A stretch of 64,000 nt of DNA from Hyphochytrium catenoides (taxonomy: Eukaryota; Protista; Hyphochytriomycota). A program made the position numbers and the translations under genes. Shown here piece after piece: positions 25,140 through 36,266 of this stretch (position 1 is its first letter; the number at the start of each line of letters is the position of its first letter). The stretch is taken from positions 1 through 64,000 of the forward strand of contig FLMG01003777.1 of the NCBI GenBank assembly GCA_900088475.1. The letters are read 5' to 3'. The notes below the pieces were generated by a model. The model did not search any database. It was not told where the DNA came from and saw nothing but the letters and a program-made list of their open reading frames with translations.

Positions 25140-25500
25140 GAGGAAGAAACGAGACAGAGAGCACGCGCATCTCAAGAGATAGTAAGGACGAAGGAAAAGA
25201 GACAGAGAGAATAGGAAAGAGAGAGAGAAGTGCAAGGTTGCTAAAGTCAGCCGAAGGTGACAGAAGAGTCCAAAGGGTGTTGCAGGGAGGACGATGTCAG
25301 AGAAGCGGACCGGAGAGCGAGAGAGAGAGAGACAGAGAGAGAGAGAGGATTCATAGCAGCACTGCACCCCATCGTTGAATCTTGCTGTCAGCCAGGTTGA
25401 CAGGGTGAAGAGGATGACAAGACAAGAGCGAAGTGCGAGGAACCTGAGAGAAAAAGGAGACGAGAGAGAGAGGACGGAGACAGAGGAGAGCGCAATAGGG
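25075..25500 (+). repeat. (GA)n microsatellite / purine-rich tract upstream of NAD kinase
   Basis: Near-pure GA runs at ~25090-25137 and ~25318-25347 within a G/A-rich block. Confidence 0.9.
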
Positions 25501-25872
25501 CTTGATAGCGACACTGGGCGAGCCCTCTGTCGGCCAATAAGCGGTGTGATGAGACGCGTTGCCAGCGCTTGATCTGGGAAGAACTAAAAGAGAGGCTCCA
25601 CTAAGAAACAGGTTGGATCGTCGTCCTCATCGCCGCGTAGCTGAGCATCATTGCTATTCTTCTACAGGCGGAATGAGGCAGATAGTACGACGCGGATTGC
25701 TCCGCAATTGAGTCATTAAAGCTTACCGTTCTGCTGTCAAGCTTCAACCTCTCTTCACTGGATGGAGCTGTGAAAGGAAAGCTTCAGGCGTCAACTGATC
25801 GTTGCCCTTTCTACCACGGACAGTGCTGCAGTCAACGAACTGGAGAGGGAACTCTCTCTCTCCTCACCAGCT

Positions 25873-28800
25873 ATGGATCCTTCAACTGTGACCGAAGCGG
25901 AACTTCTAGGGGCAATCCAAGTGCTGCAGAAGACCTTGGCCAACTGTAGAGCACAGCAGAATAACCGTCCACTGACACCGACTAGCCAACTGACAGACTC
26001 CCAGGGTACAGATGAGATTCACTCACCGCCTCTATCTGCAGACGGAGATAATGGATCGCTAAAGGGTATGAAGCTTGTACCTCTCTCATGCAGCCGTCAT
26101 CCTTATCTGTTGCTTCAAACTAGATGATGGGAGAGGCTCTGCTCCTCCGCCGCTTCTGCTACGACGAGGCTCCAAGCTGCAAACGACAAAGAAAGCGTCC
26201 AACACCCTCCCTCGCCACCTAAGGTATTATGGGTGTCGTCTGCGTCTCCTGCTGCCTCTTGCGATTGTTGTGCAGCGCTAGATGCCTCTCCTTACTTCAT
26301 TATCGTCTTCTGTTTGGCTAATTCCTCCGTAAAGGCTCCCTCTTCCAGTCCTGCTTCGTCCCTGCAGCCCATGGGTGTCCTGAGGCTGTGTTACTGCTCT
26401 GACCTGGCTCTTGTTTGCTCTTTTGTCAATGACTCGCCGTTTTCAGGGCCGCTATCGCAAACGCCTTTACTGCGGGCTTCAGGAGACGATCTTCCACAGT
26501 TTCCAGTGCTAATGGAGATGCCAGGACGGAATCGCCGGAACCGTTTGAGCGAAGCTTGTCGGTGGGGCTAGATGACGATGCTCTTACCCTTTCTCCCGGC
26601 CTTGCTACGCCAAATGGCGTAGAGAAGGACGTTGAAGCGTTAAGGAAGGAGAGAGACTACTGGCGCCAGAAGTACCGGGAGATGAAGCAGTTTGAAATGG
26701 CAATGAAGGATAGCATAGCCGGGAGTGTTTTAAAGAGTGCGAGCATGGAGGAAATAAATGAGATAGTCAGCGAGATGCTACAAAAGTCACAAGAGGGGGA
26801 CCAGGCATCAAGAGGCTCAGAAAGTGAGTCCATCGTCTCACTCTTCTGTATCATTGGCATCCTTTCCATGTTTATGCTTTTCTAGAGCATCTTCTGGGCT
26901 TGCAATCAGGCTAATCTGCATGATCTAGGTCTTAGCACACGACAACCTTTGCGCCGCGCTGCGAGGACGAACTCCGAGCTACGTCTCCTGGCAGACGCAA
27001 TAGAGAGTAAGACTGACGTGCAGAAGAGTGACAGGTATCAGAGAAACTTCGTCTCCGGTCTCCCTTACTTGAGATCGCTCTTAACCATTGCTGTCGTGAA
27101 ACAGCCCTACCGCAGAGGACGAAGAGACTCGAGAGACTCTCACCTCTTTCCCTTATCACGAGCTTAGCGCAAATGTCAATGACACTGATGGAAAGAAAAG
27201 CGCCTTAGGAGACGATTTTGAATGGGAGCCTCCTTCTTTGCCTATCGTGAAGCAAGGTGCGTTGCTTCGCTCTTTCTTCCCCGCACCTTTGATTCATGTG
27301 GAGTGAGTTTTGGGCTTCACGTTTATTTCTTATATGTTTGCCGGCGGATGGCGTATAGTCCGGTTTTCTGTCTTTGAAGGCAGAGGCAAGCTTCTGACAT
27401 CATTGTTTGCGCCTCTCATAGGGTGCCTAAGACTGCTGAAATGTAGTGACGAGCGTTGTGAGGTTTTCCACCCCCCTGAAGGCAGAGTCGCCGTCTCTCA
27501 CGCCGTAAGTGCCTGTCCAACCCGCCTTCGTATACTCATATAATTGCATCCCGCATGTTCCTTTACGAGCTTCCCACCTAACTCTCTTGCCTGCCAACCC
27601 TGCTTCGCTAACCGCGGTGTTTCTCTTCGTCGTGCCTCACAGTCACGCACGAACGTGCAGTTATTATGGGATAAAGCGCCGGGATCCGTCCTCATGATAA
27701 TGAAGCCTGGTGACACGAACGTTAATAAGGCATTCTTGGTAGGCCTACTCACAACGTGATATTACTCTGGTTGGGTCCCAGTTCACCGATGTTTTACGTC
27801 TAAGTTAACCATGTGCTTGCCTTCAACAAGCTCCCATACCTAAATTTCGTCTGTTGTTGGAGAAGAGCCTCCGCAATGTCATGCTCATTGATACCATGAT
27901 GCGCTATTAACTCCTTCGATTTTGGTCTAATCGCGGCTGCAGGTGCTCTCTACCTGGTTGATGCAGGAGAAGGACATCAACGTTCTTGTAGAAGAGAAAG
28001 TTCACCGCATATGGAAGGACAGGATACCGGGATTAGTGACCTATACCGATGAACAGGCTGAATATCTACACCAGATGGTGGACTTCGTTATCTGCCTCGG
28101 AGGAGACGGTATGCTGCTGCCCGTCATATAACTCGTCTATGCTGCTTGCCCGTCATATATTCTCGTCTCTTTTCGCTTGGTACCTGTGCACTGCCTGTTA
28201 AGGCTACATGCTTACCAACTCAATGTCTGCAGGAACTGTTCTATTCGCGGCCCGCCTGTTCGAGCAGGCTGTCCCTCCTATTGTAGCCTTTGCTATGGGT
28301 TCCCTGGGCTTTCTAACCTCATTCGAGGTCGAAAAATGGCAAAGTAAGTTCCTAACCTTCTCAACCTATAAATGAGGTAGACACTATTGTTGTTTCTCTC
28401 TACGCCACTCAGCTTGCTTTCTTGTCTCTACCCTATGACGTATGACTTACATGCGGCTGTGCCTTAGGTTATCTGGAGAAAATCATAGGCGGCGGATTTT
28501 ACGTAAGCTTAAGATCACGTTTACGATGCAGGGTGGTTAGAGCAACAGAATGCCAAGGCCCCGAGCCATCAGACTGCATGTCTGATGATGTATCTAGCGT
28601 AAGTTTGGCTATCTTCGTCTTTGGTTCAGGGCGCCTGCTCTCTTGACGTAGTATTACGATATGCACTGAACCAAGAACGTTGATCCTGGTTGGGGTGACT
28701 AACCTTTTCTTCGGGAAACTGCTCCTTTTCCTTCGCTGCAGCGCTGGTTTAATGCTTTGAATGAAGTTGTTGTGGACAGAGGACCATCTGCGGCATTGGT

Positions 28801-29748
28801 GGACCTGGATTGCTACTATGACGGCTATAAGTTTACCAAGGTATGTGGGGAGATATCCCAGCAGGGCTGTATAGAGATTCGAAAGTTTTGCCGGACGGAC
28901 GTTTACGGTGAAAAGAGATATAGGTGAAAGGACTGTTTCATGGAGACAACCACATAGACCTTGTACTGAAGAAAATGTGCTGACAAAGAGGCATTCTTCT
29001 TCTTACTAGGTTCAAGCAGATGGCATTATCGTGGCTACGCCTTCGGGTTCTACCGCCTACTCTCTATCGGCAGGAGGCTCTGTTACTCATCCATCCGTGC
29101 CGTGCATGCTATTCACCCCTATCTGCCCGCACACACTGTCATTCCGCCCACTTATACTTCCAGATAGTGCGCGGTTAAATATTACAGTTCCCAGGACTAG
29201 CAGAACGAGTGCCTTCGTTTCGTTTGATGGGCAGAATAGACTGGAACTGCGACGAGGGGACTCAATATTTATTAAGGTCAGACGGCCAATCCGACGCCCT
29301 CGGTTCTCCACAAATTTGTCTCCTTCACCTGACCCCCGGATGCTCTTCATCCGCTTTTTTTATTCTCTTGCTCCATTACAAGCTGCCTCTTTGCCTCTTC
29401 GTCTGGCATCTTATTGCAGGCGACTGGTTCGTTGATATCTTGCTCCCTTCCTCGGGGCTGCCAATTCATTTCTATCCTGCTCACTCTCTTCTTTGTCTCT
29501 TCTGTTTCTCTGCCATCTTTTCTGCGTTCCAGGTGTCAACATACCCTGTCCCAGTGATCTCCAAGGAGACTGAAAGTAGAGACTGGTTTACCAGCCTCAA
29601 AGTCAATCTGCACTGGAACACCAGGCAGCCCCAGAAGCCCTTCTGTGCGCTTGCAACACCCAGTAGAAAGGATGTTCCGCACAAAGAGGCAGCCAGGAAG
29701 GATGAGAAGAGCACTCCTCTTCCTCTCGCACCTGGAGGGCGGTCTTGA
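25873..29748 (+). CDS. NADK: NAD(+) kinase with long N-terminal extension
   Basis: [11 protein letters not shown]|[108 protein letters not shown]. The 5' exons (coiled-coil/disordered) are less certain. Confidence 0.92.
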
Positions 29749-30289
29749 AGACTTGCTGCTCTCCCGCCTTGCCCCTTCGGCTAGTACAATTTTGACATTA
29801 GGGTGCCTGACCTTATATTGCCCTGCTAGTAAAAGAAAAGGTTATTGCTACAAGATGCCCTCTCAAGATGCGAAACTCTCCTCTTTGTCGCCCCTCTCCC
29901 CTATTACCTAGTTTGGTGCAACGTGTCCTACAAGCGCCTCTCACTCGAAGAGGACAGTCTCTTCTCTCTGTACGTCGTCGATGGAACTTCTTACTTAAGT
30001 CTTCCCTTTGATGTATCTCTTCTCCCATTCTGCGCACTATAAAGCGCTGAATGCCTGTTCGATAGCTGTCTTTGGGGCCCCAACTGTGTGTCCCTTCAGT
30101 TCTTAGAGTGAGGACTGAATCCGTGAGGGAATACGCAATTCCCACAGAGTTTGTAACCACCGCCTGAGGCAGCATTCCGGATCTATCTTTCAGTCATTGT
30201 ACCGCTTTACCATGACCTACAAGTGGTAGAGTCCGGGAAACTGTAGTCTGGAGGTCCCTTTTATGAGCACCAGCATAAATTTAGGTGGG

Positions 30290-30498
30290 AGGAGAGATAG
30301 TGAGACACAGAGAGAGAGAGGAGAGGAGAGAGAGAGCCAGCATGAGCCAAAGGGAGCGATGAGGAGAGAGAGTCATGGATGGGAGAGAGAAGAGGCCATT
30401 ATGAGGAGAGAGAGAATGCGAAGGAGAGAGAGAATGCGAAGAAGAGAGAGAGAGCGAGAGTAGTTGGTTAGGAGGATCAGAGGGAGAGAGAGAGAGGC
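30290..30498 (+). repeat. GA-rich tract including an 18-bp tandem unit (GAAGGAGAGAGAGAATGC-like) upstream of the ARF gene
   Basis: Directly visible; the unit is repeated 2-3 times at ~30402-30455. Confidence 0.85.
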
Positions 30499-30910
30499 TT
30501 AGTTGTAAGGGATGCCAGGGCAGGTTCACAAGAAGACGGGGTAAAAGAGCTGGCAATGACAATGAGTGAGAGGTGTGAAAGAGACCAAATACCTAAGACC
30601 TGGAGAGCCAGAGAAGAACAGGCTGAGAGACAAGTGCGGGAACAGATTGCGACCGCCAAAGGACGGGCCGAGGACATCCATACTAATCCCTAGAGCAGTA
30701 GCTGTATGAGACATCCTCCTGGGGAAGGTTGATCTAGCCGAGAGGGGACCAAGCGCCATCGAGGCTTTTGACCATAAACTATTTGTTGGATATTACCTTG
30801 TCTTCCCTTCAGCCACGGACTCCAATAGACGAAGAAGGAGGCTGAGAGAATCAGGAATGACCTTTTCTCTGGGATCCCTATTGTTTTCTCGTCGAGCACT
30901 TCTGAAAGGG

Positions 30911-32657
30911 ATGGGTTCCAAGCTCTCGCGCCAGGTTGACAGATGGGCAAGCAGAAATAACCGAAGGATGCTCCTTGTGGGGCTGGATGGAGCTGGAAAG
31001 ACGAGTATGTGCTCTGACGCCGAACGCTTTATATAGTGACAAGAAAGTCCTCCAAAAGTGAAGGGGAACTTGCCTTTAGACCCTGTCTTTACGATAAGGG
31101 CAGCCTAGAAGCGTTCTCTCGTGCTACTCTTGGATTTGTTTGCTATCTTTTAGCGGTCTGAAGACGTCGATTTGCTTACAGGCACACGTTCTGTCTGTCC
31201 GAACTGCTTTGGAGTCACTTCATTTATGCAAGACTTATTCCTCTCTTGATCTGGAGTTCAACCTCCTCCTCTGCTCGCATCTCACCTCCCACCCTCTGAT
31301 GTTTGGTGCTCCATGCAGCGATTTTAAACCATCTTCGAGTGGGTAAATCCGTACCCACCATGCCAACCATCGGGTTCAACGTGGAGACCGTCAAATGCGG
31401 AGGTTTGACACTTTTGATATGGGTGCGACCCTCCTTCACTCTTTCACACTTAGAACCAGCCTAAACCTCTATGGCGTCCGTCTAGAGGACTCTCGCATTT
31501 CTCGTTATGAACGAACTCTCAGGCCCCTGAAAGTCGTCGTCTACTAAGCACTCTCGCTACCTACCACATCCCTGTCTATACGTTTCGCCTCTCTGCCGTC
31601 TTTACTAAAGCTTGTGGTGGACTAGGATGTTGGTGGACAGGAGTCCTTACGGCCCTACTGGCGGCACCATTACACTGGCACTCAGGTAGGCACACTGCAG
31701 TCTTGGGGCTAAGAGTAAATACAAGCAAAGAAGGAGATGTCAATTGGCTCATTTATACTTTTGGAGGTTGTGGTGAGGAGGAGAGGAGAGAGATCAGTGA
31801 TACGAGATAGAAAGAATAGTCTCCTGCAAGAGGTGGAGGAGTCCCAGCAAGGTATAATTATGGTGGAGGACTCAGGTGAATGCACCCAAACCCACTGACG
31901 CTTGGGACGGGCAGAAGACGAGTTCTGATCTGACGTCGTCCATTTTCAGGGGGTGGTCTTCGTCCTTGACAGCGCGGATCGGCAGCGCTTTGAACTTGCA
32001 CGTGATGAGCTGTACACAGTCATTAGTGATCAGCAGCTAGAGGTGAGTTAGGGGCAGAACAAGGGTCAAGGAGACTAGTGGGACGGTCAATGACAGAGCA
32101 GGTGCTACGGAACTTCGCCATTCACCAAGGGACCATGGAAGTTACTTTAAAGAAGAATCCTTGGGATAGTGAACCAGCAAGGAGTGGAGGTTGAGGAATA
32201 GTTGACCATCGAACGTGACCCCAGCACACATTAGGACAATATAGTCAGAGTGTCTGACAGAGAGTCTTGCAAGCGTGCTCACTCTCGTCTGTCTATCTAG
32301 TATTCCACAGTCTTGATTTTAGTGAACAAACAGGACCTGCCAGACGCAGCCAGCGCGAAAGAAATTGAAGAGCTCTTTGAGCTTCCTACCAGGTAAGCTT
32401 CTACACATCTTTCTCTCTCCTCTGGCTACCGGGTCTTCCTCTTCCGCCCTGGTTCTGGTGGCTTTTGACAGCCTCGATCTCTGTCTACTCTCTATATCTC
32501 ACGCTTGGCGAATCCCTCCTCACATTCACGATACCTGCCTCTTGCATGTAGATTGCAGTCTGGTAGAAAGTATAAAGTAGTCTCTACAGTGGCCACTACC
32601 GGTGCGGGGATCTCTGAAGGGATTGAGTGGCTCTGCCAAAGCATGGATAAGTTATAA
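30911..32657 (+). CDS. ARF-family small GTPase; 6 exons, largely missed by the ORF track
   Basis: MGSKLSRQVDRWASRNNRRMLLVGLDGAGKT|TILNHLRVGKSVPTMPTIGFNVETVKCGGLTLLIW|DVGGQESLRPYWRHHYTGTQ|GVVFVLDSADRQRFELARDEL..|..VLILVNKQDLPDA..|..STVATTGAGISEGIEWLCQSMDKL*. Gly2 myristoylation site and G1-G4 boxes are intact. Confidence 0.93.
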
Positions 32658-32902
32658 CTAAAGAAAATCGAGCCTTTGATGAACGTGTCGGTATTACGTC
32701 GGAAGAAAGGATGGCAAAACGGAGCAACTCTTGCCATCCCTATTCCCCCGTTCATTGCGGCCTCACCACCAACCATACGGCTCACATCAGCGTGAGAGCT
32801 GCCATCGATCCTATGGCTTAATCAAACAAAGCTTGGCTTTGCGATCTAGATGGATGGGTATTCAGCCCAGTGAAAGGTTTGTGAGATAAATAGGCGTTGT
32901 TA

Positions 32903-35081
32903 TCAGCTACGAGAAGGAGAGTTAAGCTTTCTCACATCCAGAAATCCCACCAATAAATATCGGACACCCCTCGTTATCTCCTTCCCAGCATGCCTAACTC
33001 TGCCACTGTGGGCTAACAAATCCCCTTGGCTGCTAGTAAAGGTCTTATCCAGCGCCTCAAAGTATGTCCCTCCCCCTTCGAACTCCTCCTCTCCATTGAG
33101 CAACACATTGAAAGAGAGAAGGGATCCGTCCCTGTGCAGTTGGAGACTTCGTTGACATCCTAAGGCAGCAGCCGGGTTAGACTGCATTTGAGAGGCAAAA
33201 TTGATAGAAGAAGAGTCGGGATCAAGCCAAATCTGTGGAACAATAAGACAGGAGTAAGAGGGACCAGAACTTTATGATCTTAGGAACGGTCGGAAGATAG
33301 ACAAAGCACGCACCTTCCGCCGCCTCATACTTGACAAAGAAAAGATCTCTAAAGCATATCAAATCATCAGCCGCCAGATGGTATAGCTGCTTCAGCCTTG
33401 GAAACACTTCGCTGCTCAGTCTTCTCCTTACCCAGCGGTCAATATCTGGCACTGCATGAGAAGGAATATCCGTCGTGGCATAGGCTCCGTGTCTGCCGGT
33501 TGACCAACCATTCTCGCTGGTATAGGCCTTGAGACTGTCAAGCATCGACTCACATTCACCGTGGGAAAAAATACCTGTCATGCAAACCTCTGAGTCTCCG
33601 CCCCAGTGCCCATGCTGTCTCACTTGCCCAACAGCCCGAATTACTTCGGAACAAACTCTTCTGGGTCTTACTTAGTGTCGTCCTTGTTACTCTTTCAGTC
33701 CGTCACCGCGCAATGCGCAGCCCGCATCCCAATAACAAACTCTTCCGGGAATACCTTAGTCTCTCATTTCACTCAAAGTCCTTACGTCTTATCACTTCCA
33801 CATCTTGTTGAGCGCGAACATTACTTACCCTCTAATTGGTGAACTCTTTGTAAAACTGTAGATGGCTGGTTTTGCTGCTCCAAGCGGCGTCTCGCTTGTT
33901 CCTTGTCTCTCTCAAGTTTTTCTCTGACCAAACCGACGTCAGGCGGTTTCTCATCCGGGCTCTAAGCAGGACAGGGTACGGAAGACAGGGGATTAGGAGA
34001 GGGTGTAGAAAGAGGTCAACTCTAAACAGGTAGCAAACGGATCCCATGAGAATATCCATCTAGGTACAAGGAACAAGAGAGGGGGCCGACGGGATACCAA
34101 CCTGCAGAAGTAGAGGGAGAACTCCCCTCTTCCCCGCAGCGAATGCAAGCATGTAAGGCTTATTGCCGTCGAAGTCTACTGCGTCGATTGATGCCCCACC
34201 GTCAATCAGTACGTGGGCAATGCCGATGTTACCTACAGATTCGGCGAGGGTTTAGGAAGGACTAGCACTATAGGTGAAGCAGCCATGAGACCCTTCCAGC
34301 CTCTTTTGTCCATCTGCTGCCATATTCTCTTTCTAGTCTACCTTTCTCAGCTGCCAGATGGAGTGGAGTCTTGCCCCCAGGAATGACGAGGTTCATTTGC
34401 TGCATGTCCAATGTTTTAACGCCCAGGTCTGCGCCTCTCCTGACCAAGGCGCGGGCTAGGAGGGGCAGGTCTCCTTCGCAGCTAAGGTGCAGCGCTGTGA
34501 ATCCAAACTGTTCCGAAGCATTAAGGTCCAAGTCCTTGCCTAGGAATAACCGGAACAAGAAGCGAATCAACGGTTAGGAATCGCTAAGATCTACAAGTTA
34601 CATAGCGAGACGAAGAGAATGAAGACCAAGTGCGCCCATCTCCAGAAGGGGCAACAAGATACACAGCCAGACGGAAAGAGAGAGAGAGAGAGAGAGAGGG
34701 AGAGACAATACGAGCGGTCTGCGGTGTAGGCAAAACGATACAGAGTCCTAGGGACTAGAATTCCTGGGAACCTTTCATGGCCGCAAGCACCGCTAGCTCT
34801 TCTTCATATAGGGAGGCTAAGTAGAGGAGTGGTGGCTTTCCGTGGAGCAGCTCTTCTTCCAGCGTCCTCCCCGCTCTAATATTATTGATGAGGGAGGCAC
34901 ATTGGGGATCCAACTCCTCCTCGGGCCCGTCGATGAGCAAGTGGTGAACGAGCTTGTCAATCGCATCATCTAGTTGCTCTATTAAGCTGGAAAGGGTGTC
35001 TCGATCCTTCTGCATGTCCACAAGGGAGGAGACCCCATCCTCCTCAGGAAAAGGTGGCGAAGGAGCGGACCGCTGTGCCAT
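32903..35081 (-). CDS. Ankyrin-repeat + 2-oxoglutarate/Fe(II) dioxygenase (PLOD/P4Hc-like domain)
   Basis: Ankyrin motifs GKPPLLYLAS, FGFTALHLSC, GKTPLHLAAEKG, DFDGNKPYMLA. Oxygenase part GWSTGRHGAYATTDIP, DLFFVKY, LHRDGSLLSFNVLLN..FEGGGTYF..RHAGKEITRGVRYLLVGF gives HxD...H plus the 2OG-binding Arg. Confidence 0.88.
34676..34705. repeat. (GA/TC)n microsatellite inside intron 1 of the ankyrin-oxygenase gene
   Basis: Direct GA run. Confidence 0.9.
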
Positions 35082-36266
35082 GGCCTTCCTGTTAGCGCCA
35101 GCTCATGTGGGCACACGTCCTTCGTAAGCCATCAACCTGACCTCGGCGTCTCTTTCCCGTCTCCCCATGGCGTCTTCTCTAGTGCGGTGCACACGCTAAG
35201 AGATGAACTGGTCACCTGTTTGCTAACATAATAGCTCGACCATCGAGAGAGGAGTGTGGCCGTAGCCCGTCCCTGACAAGTAAGGGAGAGACGGCATCCT
35301 GCTGCGGACTGAGTCGAAGAGTGACCGGCACTATGGACCTCTTCGGTTCTCATACCGCTAACGGCCAAGCATCAACCAAGCTGCAGAGTGGATGTCAGAG
35401 ATTGGAGAACGGACGCCACTACCTCATCCTCCCTACCCTGACGAGCTATCATCCTCTTCACGTGCCAAAATGTGACCTGGAGGTCAAACTCACTGGCGCG
35501 CCAATAGTTAGCGCTGCTGAACTGCTATTGTCCGTAGGGATGGGAGACCAAAGAGAGTTGACAAGGCTCAAGAAGTCCTGATAGGTTGCATAACGCAGCC
35601 TGGGCCATGAGTGAATGCATGTATTCCCAGAATAAGATACTTGCTAATAAATTTTTGCGTTCTGGATATTTATCAAGCTCCGTGCCATGGCGGCAACACC
35701 GGCGATAAGTTGCCCTTCTCTCCACTCTCTCTACTCTGCTCTAGGCCCAGCGTACGTGGGCTCCACCTTCTAACGATAAACGTCTTGGAAGGGAGAAGGG
35801 ATCGGAGGGATGCTCCCTTAATCTTCCGCTAAGTCGCTGGGTGCAAGGATGATGTGCGGATATTTGGATCTATCGATCGTACCCTCTTGCTTTTCAGCTG
35901 ATAGGGCAGAATATCTCGGGTATCGTAGACATGCAGGTTCTTTTATCATCCCCAGCGGACATCTGTTCTGCTTCGAGGCTATACTTCTCTGCTCTCAACA
36001 CCGCGGGTCGATCGGCTTATTAGGATATCGCCTTTATCTAATATTAGTCTATCCGCAAAGGTCTCGCAGGACGGTATGCCCACTCACTCTAAGAATCTGA
36101 AGCTTTATAGACTCTTGGCAGCGAAAAAGACTTATATTTCTGCTGAGTTCCGCTGTGAGAAGACGAGCATTTAATGTGCCAAGAACCCAAAAGACAGCCT
36201 CAAGGCAGAACATGAGCGCTATCAGCTCTCTTGATGGTGCAGAATCCCTGTTAACCGCGTTCTTCA

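Noticed and set aside
24970-25572. ORFs rich in ER/RE or LS/SL dipeptides (also 30263-30562 and 38420-38770)
   Set aside because: Translation artefacts of (GA)n/(TC)n microsatellites.
35130-36260. Possible small multi-exon gene between the ankyrin-oxygenase and cupin genes
   Set aside because: Splice-like signals exist, but I could not assemble a consistent frame or recognisable protein.
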